A stretch of 34,055 nucleotides of DNA from Eubacteriales bacterium (GTDB lineage: Bacteria > Bacillota > Clostridia > Lachnospirales > Lachnospiraceae). Positions 10,005 through 18,820 of this stretch are shown here, in pieces. The stretch is from contig JAUNPT010000003.1 of assembly GCA_030536565.1 (NCBI GenBank), forward strand, positions 1 to 34,055, written 5' to 3'. The notes below the pieces were generated by a model. It did no database searches and was not told the DNA's origin. It saw nothing but the letters and a program-made list of their open reading frames with translations. Within the stretch, counting starts at the first letter, position 1. Each line of letters begins with the position of its first letter. Position numbers and translations under genes: made by a program.

Positions 10005-11096
10005 CTAGTACTGATACAGCGCTTCTATTATCTGCTCAAGGTTATCCTCTGACACATTAATAATCTGATAATCCCTGCTGTCATATTCCCCAGTGGTAAT
10101 CAGGTATGGTTTATCTGGCATCCTTATTCCACTTTCTTCAAATGCAGCCGCCATTTTCCATAACACATTAATACTGCACTTCTGGCTCATTAGATATATC
10201 ATTGCCCGCTCTAGCTCTGCATCAGTACTAAACATATGTTCAACAAGCTTATCTGCCTTAAAATCCCATATAATAAAGCTTGCCTTTACATCATTCCTTA
10301 CATAATAATGGCCCACTGAATATGCCATTTGGTATATTTTATCAAGCTGATACCTGAATCCTTCGGTATCCTGGTAAGTTAAATCCACCAGAATCCGTAT
10401 ACATATATCATCAATATCTCCGAATTTCTTAACAATCAATTCTTCATTCTTAACACTTAACTTCCAATGAACCTTATTCATGCTGTCACCATCTTTATAT
10501 TCACAGAAATCAATAACCTCATCACTGTCTCCGCTAAGCATCTGCCATTGGTCATTATTAAAGTCAATGCCTTCCATATGCTCGTAATTATCTCTTTCAC
10601 TGGCTGGCAGCAGCTTAGGAAAAACCGGAATCCACAGACTGCCCTTAAACTGTCTTACATTACTAAAAATATGCAGATAATCCTGCATAACAGCTTTGTC
10701 TGCCTGCACTGTTATTATTCCGCTGTGTGCAGTATTCATTGTAACCTTTTGTGTATATACATCAAAAAATGTATTTATATTAACTCTCTTGTTTTCTTTT
10801 TTTTCATCATTAGAACAGCTTATAATAAAATAAACACTGCTGTCGGCAAGAGGCACTGGAAAATTATTCTGAAGTTTTACCAAAAGCTGCAGCTTCTTCC
10901 CCTGAACGGATTTTGTATCCGGCACACAAAAATACAGTGCCAGCCCAAGCCTTGACAACAAAAACATACATAAACTCAGGAATGGAATCAGAATAACCAT
11001 CAGTAACAATACGTAAAATTGGTAATTTACATAAAACACATTTAAAATGAACACACCAAGAAGTCCTATTGCATATATTATCTTCCGTCTTTTCAT
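10005..11096 (-). CDS. DUF58 family protein (MoxR partner)
   Basis: Two N-terminal TMs; EYKDGDSMNKVHWKLS matches the DUF58 'REYxxGDxxxxIHWKxS' motif; 4-nt overlap with moxR. Confidence 0.85.
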   Translation of the reverse strand: MKRRKIIYAIGLLGVFILNVFYVNYQFYVLLLMVILIPFLSLCMFLLSRLGLALYFCVPDTKSVQGKKLQLLVKLQNNFPVPLADSSVYFIISCSNDEKKENKRVNINTFFDVYTQKVTMNTAHSGIITVQADKAVMQDYLHIFSNVRQFKGSLWIPVFPKLLPASERDNYEHMEGIDFNNDQWQMLSGDSDEVIDFCEYKDGDSMNKVHWKLSVKNEELIVKKFGDIDDICIRILVDLTYQDTEGFRYQLDKIYQMAYSVGHYYVRNDVKASFIIWDFKADKLVEHMFSTDAELERAMIYLMSQKCSINVLWKMAAAFEESGIRMPDKPYLITTGEYDSRDYQIINVSEDNLEQIIEALYQY

Positions 11097-12064
11097 ACAG
11101 CCTTTTCCTTCTTAGCTATCTGTGGCACAGGCACCTTTCTTACAATTCCTGCAATAACCTTTTCCTCTGAAAGGCTGCTCTTTCTCAGGCTATGGTCAAA
11201 AACCATTCTATGTGCAATTGTATCCTTTAACACATACTGAATATCCGCAGGAAGAACATAGCTGTTTCCCCTTAAGAAAGCTTCTGCCTTAGCCATAGCA
11301 ATAACGGCAATGCTTCCCCTTGGACTGATTCCCTGCAGAATATCCTCTGATTCTCTGGTTGCTTTAGCAATTCTTGCCACATACTCGAATATACTGTCAT
11401 CTACATACACATCTGATACAGTCCGCCTCATCTTTTCAAGCTCACCTGGCATCAAAACCTTCTTTGATAAAATCCTCTTATTATTATTTAACTGTTTTCC
11501 TCTTAATATAGCAATCTCATCTTCAATAGTCGGATAGCCTAATGAAAGACACACCATAAATCTGTCCATCTGAGATTCCGGAAGCCTCTGTGTTCCAACT
11601 GAACCAAAAGGGTTCTGCGTTGCCATGACAATAAAAGGATCTGGAAGCTCATAGGTAGCGCCGTCAACTGTGACACACCTCTCCTCCATAACCTGTAAAA
11701 GAGCAGACTGTGTCTTTGGCGAAGTTCTATTAATCTCATCCGCCAGCATAATATTACACATCACTGCTCCTGGTTTATATTCAAATTTATTAGTCATTTT
11801 ATTGTACATATTAAAGCCAGTTACATCTGATGGCATAACATCTGGTGTAAACTGTACCCTGTTGCAGTTAAGCCCCAATGCGTTGGCAAAGGACAGCGCC
11901 ATCGTCGTTTTCCCGACTCCCGGTATGTCCTCCACCAGCACATGTCCATTAGCAAGTATTGCCATTAATATCTTTAAAACAATTTCATCTTTGCCAACTA
12001 CCGTTTTACACACTTCCTGAAAAACCAGCTTTGCCTTCTGCATACTATTATCTTCGATATCCAT
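11093..12064 (-). CDS. MoxR-family AAA+ ATPase
   Basis: GHVLVEDIPGVGKTT, RVQFTPDVMPSD, LADEINRTSPKTQSALL, ATQNP, SPRGS; start ATG 12064 behind a G-rich SD (track start 12103). Confidence 0.93.
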   Translation of the reverse strand: MDIEDNSMQKAKLVFQEVCKTVVGKDEIVLKILMAILANGHVLVEDIPGVGKTTMALSFANALGLNCNRVQFTPDVMPSDVTGFNMYNKMTNKFEYKPGAVMCNIMLADEINRTSPKTQSALLQVMEERCVTVDGATYELPDPFIVMATQNPFGSVGTQRLPESQMDRFMVCLSLGYPTIEDEIAILRGKQLNNNKRILSKKVLMPGELEKMRRTVSDVYVDDSIFEYVARIAKATRESEDILQGISPRGSIAVIAMAKAEAFLRGNSYVLPADIQYVLKDTIAHRMVFDHSLRKSSLSEEKVIAGIVRKVPVPQIAKKEKAV

Positions 12065-12162
12065 AGTTCCCCCCTGCCCAAATCCGTACTCCGGGCTTTG
12101 CAAGTAATTTTTTTACAGCTATTTCTGATACAAAATGCTATAACCTTATTATAGTATATATT

Positions 12163-13143
12163 TTATCGATAGTCATCAACTAAATATGTTAAAGCAGACT
12201 TTGGAATGCTGAATATCTCAAAGTTTTCTGACCTTACCCCCTCATTCACTACCTTAAAATAGTCATTTACAATTACATTCATATAATCACCCTCAAGATA
12301 CCACTGGCCATCTTCTACAGCTTCTTTGACAAAGCCTTCCATCTCACTATCCATAGATGCGTTACTGACATTTCCTATCTCTTTTTCCAGCAGCTGCTTA
12401 AGCTGCTCTTTTCCTGCATTTACGTCCTTAAATATTATATCAAATTTAAGCACTTGATTTGTAGATGCATCAATATTATAAGCACTCTGTCTGTTATATA
12501 CTCTTGGATTTTCTATACTATTCAGCTCAATCTGTGTACTGCCTTTAACTGCCAGAATCTTATCATCAACCAAATTGGCATCTTTAACCTGCTGACTATA
12601 GTTAATTAATACTCCCGATTCTGCATTGTCATAATACTGCCCATATAATTCATCAGCCATATTACTAATATTAAATACCGATTTGTCAGAAAACACCTGT
12701 GAGATACCCTTATATTTTATATCTGCAAAAGTATAAAATACAATTCCTGTACAATACTGGCCATTCAGACTTTTTAATTCTGACGCCTGCCTGTCATAAG
12801 TTACGCTGATATCTGAATTGCGGAATTTTTCTTCTGCCTCCTTAACTATAGTAGTATCTTCTGAAACTGCATTAAGCGGCTGCAGTCCAGACTGCTGTAC
12901 TGGTCTGTAATTGCCCACTGCTACTGCCAGCAGTATTGCTGCTGCCACCGCCAGTACACCGGACACTGCCTTAAATCCCATAACTGCTTTCTTTTCCTTA
13001 ACAGGCTCGCACTTTACGAAATTACCGTCCAAACCAAGTTCAAGATTATCATTGGATTTATTTTCAAAAATCCCGCTTCTGTCTAAAATCTGTGTAATCT
13101 GCTGATTTATAACACTCTGTTCTGGATATTTTATTCTACTCAA
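12163..13143 (-). CDS. Putative anti-sigma factor, single TM with RsiV/DUF3298-like extracellular domain
   Basis: 8-nt overlap with the ECF sigma gene; one TM (VSGVLAVAAAILLAVAVG); C-term YNIDASTNQVLKFDIIF...WYLEGDYMNVIVNDY...FSIP resembles DUF3298. Confidence 0.6.
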   Translation of the reverse strand: MSRIKYPEQSVINQQITQILDRSGIFENKSNDNLELGLDGNFVKCEPVKEKKAVMGFKAVSGVLAVAAAILLAVAVGNYRPVQQSGLQPLNAVSEDTTIVKEAEEKFRNSDISVTYDRQASELKSLNGQYCTGIVFYTFADIKYKGISQVFSDKSVFNISNMADELYGQYYDNAESGVLINYSQQVKDANLVDDKILAVKGSTQIELNSIENPRVYNRQSAYNIDASTNQVLKFDIIFKDVNAGKEQLKQLLEKEIGNVSNASMDSEMEGFVKEAVEDGQWYLEGDYMNVIVNDYFKVVNEGVRSENFEIFSIPKSALTYLVDDYR

Positions 13144-13687
13144 AATCGCTCAACTCCTTTCTCATTCTCTTTATAACGGAGTAATACCGGTTCTTTGCTA
13201 TCATTGACTTAATTCCCAATATTCCTGCTATTTCCTCAAATGTATATCCCTGTTCAGCCTTAAGCATAAATATCTGCTTATCTTCTTCTCTTTCGTATCT
13301 AAGGTGTTCTTTCAGCCTGGCGGCCGCCAGTCTGTTGCACACCTCCATCTCCACATTCTGCCCGTCTTCCCTGTCATAACCATCAATTGTCTGTGTTGCA
13401 GACCGTTCATGAGACTGTCTGCTCCTGCTATAGTCGATTACCTTATTGCCGGCGATTCTGGTTATCCATGTTTTAAAAGCGCTTTTACTTTCATCAAACT
13501 GATAAAGGTTCTTAAGGATGGTGATAAATGTCTCCTGCGTAAGATCCATAGCAAGCTCCTCATCTGTTATCCTTCTGTAGATTTCTTTATAAATATACTT
13601 ATAATACTTGCCAACCAGCATTTCAGCCGCCTCTCTGTCATTACGCTCCAATATGCCATCAATCATTTTCTTATCTGACTCAAACAC
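13136..13687 (-). CDS. ECF RNA polymerase sigma-70 factor
   Basis: Region 2 AMDLTQETFI...FKTWITRIAGNKVID, region 4 GYTFEEIAGILG; GTG start with AAGGAGG. Confidence 0.92.
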   Translation of the reverse strand: MFESDKKMIDGILERNDREAAEMLVGKYYKYIYKEIYRRITDEELAMDLTQETFITILKNLYQFDESKSAFKTWITRIAGNKVIDYSRSRQSHERSATQTIDGYDREDGQNVEMEVCNRLAAARLKEHLRYEREEDKQIFMLKAEQGYTFEEIAGILGIKSMIAKNRYYSVIKRMRKELSDFE

Positions 13688-13710
13688 TTACTCCACCTCC
13701 TTCATAATTA

Positions 13711-13740
13711 CATACGAAGAACTCTTTTAAAAAGTTTTCA
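13711..13740 (-). promoter_or_regulatory. ECF-type (SigV/SigW/SigM-like) promoter, probably autoregulatory
   Basis: Minus strand TGAAAAC-TTTTTAAAAGAGTTCTT-CGTATG (AAAC-17-CGTA with T-tract), just upstream of the sigma gene SD. Confidence 0.65.
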
Positions 13741-13757
13741 ATATTTACATAATAAAA

Positions 13758-13807
13758 ATTAATGTGTCAGGCTGAAAATTGTAAAAATCACCTTCTGACA
13801 CACTAAT
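13758..13807 (-). terminator. Second hairpin / terminator upstream of the ECF promoter
   Basis: ATTAGTGTGTCAG ... CTGACACATTAAT followed by TTTT on the minus strand. Confidence 0.5.
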
Positions 13808-13816
13808 CATAATAAC

Positions 13817-13863
13817 AAAAAAAGCCTCACAAAACCATCTATTTGATAATTCTGTGAGACTTT
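13817..13863 (-). terminator. Intrinsic terminator of the alcohol dehydrogenase gene
   Basis: AAAGTCTCACAGAA ... TTTTGTGAGGCTTTTTTT, about 30 nt after the stop. Confidence 0.8.
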
Positions 13864-13891
13864 ATGTATATCTTTATTTTGTTTTACTGAT

Positions 13892-15103
13892 TTAGAAATC
13901 TACCTCTGTATCATAGTAACAGCACTTAAGAAGCTTTTCCATCTCCTCCTGTGTAGGAATACGTGGATTAGAACCTGTACAGGCATCAAGAATTGCATTG
14001 GCAGCAATGTCAGGAAGCTTCTTTAAAAATTCTTCCTCTGATACGAAACCTGTCTCTGCTGGAAGACCTCCCTCTCCATAATTCTTAATGCAGTGAGGAA
14101 TGTTAAGGTCATCGTTCATCTTACGAAGCATTGCAATAAGTGCATCAATCTTCTCTGCCTCTGTATTTCCGCCAAGCTTTAAGTAATCAGCAATAAATGC
14201 ATATCTCTTAGCGGCAGCAGCATCTTTAGAATTATACTTAATTACCTTAGGAAGGTACATAGCATTAGCAGCTCCATGAATAATATGTCCTCCTTCAAAT
14301 GCAGCACCTGTCTTATGTGCCATTGAATGAACAATACCAAGAAGGGCATTCGAGAATGCCATACCTGCAAGACACTGAGCATCATGCATCGCATCTCTTG
14401 CTTCCATATCTTCGTTATATGACTTAACGAGATTATCCTGAATCATTGTCATTGCATGAAGTGCAAGTGGGTCTGTATAGTTGCAGTTAGCTGTTGAAAC
14501 ATAAGCTTCTACCGCATGTGTCATGGCATCCATACCTGTATGGGCTACTAACTTAACCGGCATTGTATGTGCAAGCTCTGGGTCTACAATAGCCACGTCC
14601 GGTGTGATTTCAAAGTCTGCAATTGGGTACTTAATTCCCTTTGCATAATCTGTAATAATTGAAAATGCCGTAACCTCCGTAGCTGTTCCTGATGTTGATG
14701 AAACTGCACAGAAATGAGCCTTAGTACGAAGCTTTGGTAAACCAAATACCTTACACATATCCTCAAATGTTGTATCAGGGTACTCATACTTAATCCACAT
14801 AGCCTTAGCCGCATCAATTGGTGAACCACCGCCAATAGCAACAATCCAGTCAGGCTCAAACTCCTGCATAACAGCAGCGCCCTTCATAACAGTCTCTACT
14901 GAAGGGTCTGATTCAATACCTTCAAAAAGCTTAACCTCCATTCCAGCTTCTTTCAAATAATCTTCTGCTCTCTGTAAGAATCCATTACGCTTCATTGAGC
15001 CGCCACCTACGCAGATGATAGCTTTCTTACCCTGTAATGTCTTCAAAGCCTCAAGTGAACCTTTTCCGTGATACAAGTCTCTTGGTAAAGTAAAACGCAT
15101 CAT
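13892..15103 (-). CDS. Iron-containing alcohol dehydrogenase (NADPH-dependent butanol dehydrogenase-like)
   Basis: GGGS motifs, AIGGGSPIDAAK, TSGTATEVT, DAMTHAVE, GIVHSMAH, HGAANA. Confidence 0.93.
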   Translation of the reverse strand: MMRFTLPRDLYHGKGSLEALKTLQGKKAIICVGGGSMKRNGFLQRAEDYLKEAGMEVKLFEGIESDPSVETVMKGAAVMQEFEPDWIVAIGGGSPIDAAKAMWIKYEYPDTTFEDMCKVFGLPKLRTKAHFCAVSSTSGTATEVTAFSIITDYAKGIKYPIADFEITPDVAIVDPELAHTMPVKLVAHTGMDAMTHAVEAYVSTANCNYTDPLALHAMTMIQDNLVKSYNEDMEARDAMHDAQCLAGMAFSNALLGIVHSMAHKTGAAFEGGHIIHGAANAMYLPKVIKYNSKDAAAAKRYAFIADYLKLGGNTEAEKIDALIAMLRKMNDDLNIPHCIKNYGEGGLPAETGFVSEEEFLKKLPDIAANAILDACTGSNPRIPTQEEMEKLLKCCYYDTEVDF

Positions 15104-15135
15104 AATACTAATCCTCCATTGATAAAATTATTCGA

Positions 15136-15153
15136 TTGTTAAAATCACGACAA
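15136..15153. promoter_or_regulatory. Putative Rex operator 1
   Basis: TTGTTAA-AATC-ACGACAA versus clostridial Rex consensus TTGTTAA-N4-TTAACAA; lies between the adh promoter and SD. Confidence 0.55.
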
Positions 15154-15164
15154 TCTATGGTTTT

Positions 15165-15193
15165 ATTATAATACTGCTTTTACAATATTGCAA
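15165..15193 (-). promoter_or_regulatory. Sigma-A promoter of the alcohol dehydrogenase gene
   Basis: TTGCAA (15193-15188), 17 nt, TATAAT (15170-15165). Confidence 0.75.
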
Positions 15194-15222
15194 GTGAATA
15201 ATCTTTCATTTTCATTAATTTT

Positions 15223-15240
15223 ACGTTAAATAATTAACCT
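15223..15240. promoter_or_regulatory. Putative Rex operator 2
   Basis: ACGTTAA-ATAA-TTAACCT, palindromic GTTAA-N4-TTAAC core. Confidence 0.55.
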
Positions 15241-15280
15241 TGTCATCCGGTTTTTATATATAATTGAATAATTTTATTTT

Positions 15281-16645
15281 TTACGTATCCTCCGGCAGCT
15301 TTCTTAAAAAACTCAATATAAATGGAACTGCAGTTAAAAATGACAACACATCTGCAATCGGCTGAGCAATTTCAATTCCTGTAAGCCCAAAGGCTGCTGT
15401 CATAATAAGAAGCACCGGTATAAAATAAAGTCCACTTCTTAGCATGGAAAGAAATGTAGCACCAAGCGCATGCCCTGTACTTTGAAGCGTCATATTGGAC
15501 AACACACAGATCGGTTGGAAAAATAGTGCTATACACTGAAATCTAAGTGCTGCTGTACCAATTCTTATAACCTCCGGGTCATCTCTGAATATTACAATAG
15601 CCTGACTTGAAAAAATCAGCATAATTACTGCAAGAACCCCCAGCATAATCTGTGATAAGGTCAATGTGAATTTAAATGCCTTTTTAACCCGTAGATATTT
15701 TCCTGCGCCATAATTAAAACCGCACACTGGCTGGAAGCCTTGTCCCACGCCTAAACCTACTGAGAATACAAACATACTTATTCTTCCAACAATACTCATC
15801 GCTGCCACTGCGGCATCGCCATATACTGCCGCCTGTCCGTTAAGAAGCATCGTCGATATACTTCCAAGCCCCTGACGCACCAGACTTGGAAAGCCTGTAG
15901 TAACAATCTCTAACAGCTCCGATGGCTTTCTTGTGACATTTTTAATGGACAGCTTACACTGCGTCTTGCCTGTAAGAAACATACTTAGTAATATGCTAAA
16001 ACTAATAATTTGTGACAACGCTGTCGACAGTCCCGCGCCTGCAATCCCCATATCAAACACGAACATAAATACCGGGTCACCTATCATATTAAGAATTGCA
16101 CCCGCAAGAAGACCTATCATAGCAAGAGACGCACGTCCCTCATATCTTAGAATATTGTTCAAGGTAAAGCAGCTTGTCATAAATGGTGCTGCAATAATAA
16201 TATAGGTTACGTAGGTTCTTGCATAGGGCAGAATGGTGTCAGTACTTCCCAAAAGATACATAAGCGGAGTAAGGGTTAATGCACTGATTACGCTAATAAG
16301 TACCCCTATAGAAAACACCGTAAAAAATGCGGTAGATGCAATTCTTGAAGCATCCTCCCTATTCTTCTTACCCAACATTCTGGAGATAATGCTTCCCGAG
16401 CCCTGTCCAAACATAAATCCAAATGCCTGAAGCACTGCCATATAACCAAACACAATTCCAACTGCTCCAGAAGCGCTGGTTCCCAGCTGTCCTACAAACA
16501 TGGTATCAACCATATTATATATATTCGTTACCAGCATACTTAGGGTTGTAGGAATCCCAAGCTTAATAACCAGCTCTGACACTGGTGCTTTTGTCATCTT
16601 GTCATACTGGCTGTCATAATGTTCTTTCATCTGTAATAATTTCAT
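15281..16645 (-). CDS. MATE family efflux transporter (MepA-like)
   Basis: LGIPTTLSMLVTNIYNMVDTMFVG, LNMIGDPVF..MGIAGAGLST, GFNYGAG; about 12 TMs; track start 16711 falls inside the tkt terminator, so start set at ATG 16645 (16630/16657 alternatives). Confidence 0.9.
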   Translation of the reverse strand: MKLLQMKEHYDSQYDKMTKAPVSELVIKLGIPTTLSMLVTNIYNMVDTMFVGQLGTSASGAVGIVFGYMAVLQAFGFMFGQGSGSIISRMLGKKNREDASRIASTAFFTVFSIGVLISVISALTLTPLMYLLGSTDTILPYARTYVTYIIIAAPFMTSCFTLNNILRYEGRASLAMIGLLAGAILNMIGDPVFMFVFDMGIAGAGLSTALSQIISFSILLSMFLTGKTQCKLSIKNVTRKPSELLEIVTTGFPSLVRQGLGSISTMLLNGQAAVYGDAAVAAMSIVGRISMFVFSVGLGVGQGFQPVCGFNYGAGKYLRVKKAFKFTLTLSQIMLGVLAVIMLIFSSQAIVIFRDDPEVIRIGTAALRFQCIALFFQPICVLSNMTLQSTGHALGATFLSMLRSGLYFIPVLLIMTAAFGLTGIEIAQPIADVLSFLTAVPFILSFLRKLPEDT

Positions 16646-16671
16646 ATTCTGCCTCATTTTACTTATTCTTA

Positions 16672-16724
16672 AGAAAACCGCCCATACAAATGTCATCAAA
16701 AAAACTAACATTTATATGGGCGGT
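16672..16724 (-). terminator. Intrinsic terminator of tkt
   Basis: ACCGCCCATATAAATGT ... ACATTTGTATGGGCGGT-TTTCT on the minus strand. Confidence 0.8.
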
Positions 16725-16748
16725 CTTAATTTACATGCTGCAATAAAT

Positions 16749-18737
16749 CTACATTATACTCTTAACTGTCTTAACAACATTGTCAACAGTAAATCCAAAA
16801 TGCTCAAACAGTGTTGCTGCCGGACCTGATGCACCAAAGCCCTTCATTGAAATAACCCTGCCGTCTAAGCCAACATATCTGTACCAGCCAAAGTCTGAAA
16901 GTGCTTCAACTGCAACCCTCTTTCTGCAGCTCTTTGGTAAGATACTTTCCTTATATTCCTCTGACTGCTGTTCAAAAATATCCATACATGGCATACTGAC
17001 AACTCTTACGTCGATACCTTCTTTTGCCAGTTCTTTCTTTGCATCAGCTGCAAGTGAAACCTCTGAACCGCTGGCAATAATAATAGCATCTGGCTCTGCC
17101 TTAGTTTCCTTTGCAATTACATATGCACCCTTAAGAGCTTCCTTAGATGAGCCCTCCATCTGCGGAAGATTCTGTCTTGTAAGAACCAGTGCTGTTGGGT
17201 GGTCTGTCGATGTAACTGCATGCATCCATGCTGCAGCTGTCTCTGTTCTGTCACATGGTCTGTACACTGCGAAGTTAGGCATTGAACGAAAAGCCGCAAG
17301 CTGCTCAATTGGCTCATGAGTAGGGCCATCTTCTCCCACACCGATACTATCGTGTGTGAAGATATATGTCAATGGAAGCTTCATAAGAGCTGAAAGCCTT
17401 GCCATTGGTTTTGTATAATCGCTGAATACAAAGAATGTTGCAACATAAGCCTTCAATCCTCCATGTAATGCAATACCATTTCCGATTGCAGTCATAGCCT
17501 GTTCTCTTACACCAAAGTGAAGATTAGCACCCGCCGGAGTTTCCTTTGAGAAATCTCCTGCGTCCTTCATGTTAGTTTTATTAGATGGAGCTAAATCTGC
17601 TGAACCTCCAAATAAATTAGGCATCGACTCTTTAATTACATTAAGGATTGCACCGCCTGTACTTCTTGTCGCCTCTGGCTTTTCTGCCTTAGCCCAGTAT
17701 TCATCAGAATTAAAAAGCTCTGATAAATCTGCGCCATTATAGTACTTATCCCAAAGCTCTGCCAGCTCAGGAAACTTTTCGCAGTACTGTGCAAACATAT
17801 CATTCCAAGCAGCTTCAGCCTCTGCCTTCCTGGCAGCTATTGACTTGTAATTATCATATACTTCCTGTGGAACTTCAAAATCACCCTTACATGGCCAGCC
17901 AATATTCTCCTTTAATGCAGCAACATTATCAACGCCTAAAGGTTCACCATGAGCGCTTGCCTTACCCTGCTTAGCTGGGCAGCCAAAGCCAATGAGTGTA
18001 TTAACCTTAATCATTGAAGGTCTGGCTGTATCGGCCTTAGCTTCCTCAATTGCCCTGCCAATTGCTTCAAGGTCATTTCCATCGCTAACCTCAAGACACT
18101 GGAAGCCAAACGCCTCAAATCTCTTTGTAACGTCCTCCGTAAATGCAATATCTGTGCTTCCTTCAATCGAAATATTGTTAGAATCATAGAATACAATCAG
18201 CTTAGAAAGACCAAGTGTGCCTGCAAGCGAAAAACATTCTGATGAAATTCCTTCCATCATGCAGCCGTCCCCGCCTAAAACATATGTATAGTGGTCAACT
18301 ACCGGATAGCCTTCCCTGTTAAATACAGCAGCCAAATGTTTCTCGGCCATTGCCATACCGACAGCCATTGCCATACCCTGTCCTAAAGGACCTGTTGTTG
18401 CCTCAATACCCACTGTATGGCCATATTCTGGATGGCCAGGTGTAAGTGAGCCAAACTGTCTGAAATTCTTAATATCCTCTATTGAAAGGCTGCCATATCC
18501 AAAAAGATGAAGCAGTGAATATAAAAGCATAGAGCCATGTCCACCTGAAAGAATAAATCTGTCCCTGTTCTCCCAATCCGGATCAGCCGGATTATGATTC
18601 ATATGGTTAGCCCACAGCTCATACGCCATTGGTGCTGCTCCCAGCGGCAGACCCGGATGCCCTGAATTAGCCTTCTGTATCGCATCTGCTGACAGCACTC
18701 TTATTGCATTTACTGACATTTCTTCAATATTAGTCAT
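16749..18737 (-). CDS. tkt: Transketolase
   Basis: [55 protein letters not shown]; ATG 18737 behind AGGAGG. Confidence 0.97.
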   Translation of the reverse strand: MTNIEEMSVNAIRVLSADAIQKANSGHPGLPLGAAPMAYELWANHMNHNPADPDWENRDRFILSGGHGSMLLYSLLHLFGYGSLSIEDIKNFRQFGSLTPGHPEYGHTVGIEATTGPLGQGMAMAVGMAMAEKHLAAVFNREGYPVVDHYTYVLGGDGCMMEGISSECFSLAGTLGLSKLIVFYDSNNISIEGSTDIAFTEDVTKRFEAFGFQCLEVSDGNDLEAIGRAIEEAKADTARPSMIKVNTLIGFGCPAKQGKASAHGEPLGVDNVAALKENIGWPCKGDFEVPQEVYDNYKSIAARKAEAEAAWNDMFAQYCEKFPELAELWDKYYNGADLSELFNSDEYWAKAEKPEATRSTGGAILNVIKESMPNLFGGSADLAPSNKTNMKDAGDFSKETPAGANLHFGVREQAMTAIGNGIALHGGLKAYVATFFVFSDYTKPMARLSALMKLPLTYIFTHDSIGVGEDGPTHEPIEQLAAFRSMPNFAVYRPCDRTETAAAWMHAVTSTDHPTALVLTRQNLPQMEGSSKEALKGAYVIAKETKAEPDAIIIASGSEVSLAADAKKELAKEGIDVRVVSMPCMDIFEQQSEEYKESILPKSCRKRVAVEALSDFGWYRYVGLDGRVISMKGFGASGPAATLFEHFGFTVDNVVKTVKSIM

Positions 18738-18820
18738 TATTAACCTCCTAGCCATTATAGCTCTTATAAATAATTTTGTTATAATCTTAAGCGTCCGCAC
18801 TTAAAGTATGCAAAGACCTG

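Noticed and set aside
8031-10804. T8 tracts inside the transglutaminase (8031-8038) and DUF58 (10797-10804) genes as phase-variation sites
   Set aside because: Short runs expected from Lys codons in an AT-rich genome; both frames are intact.
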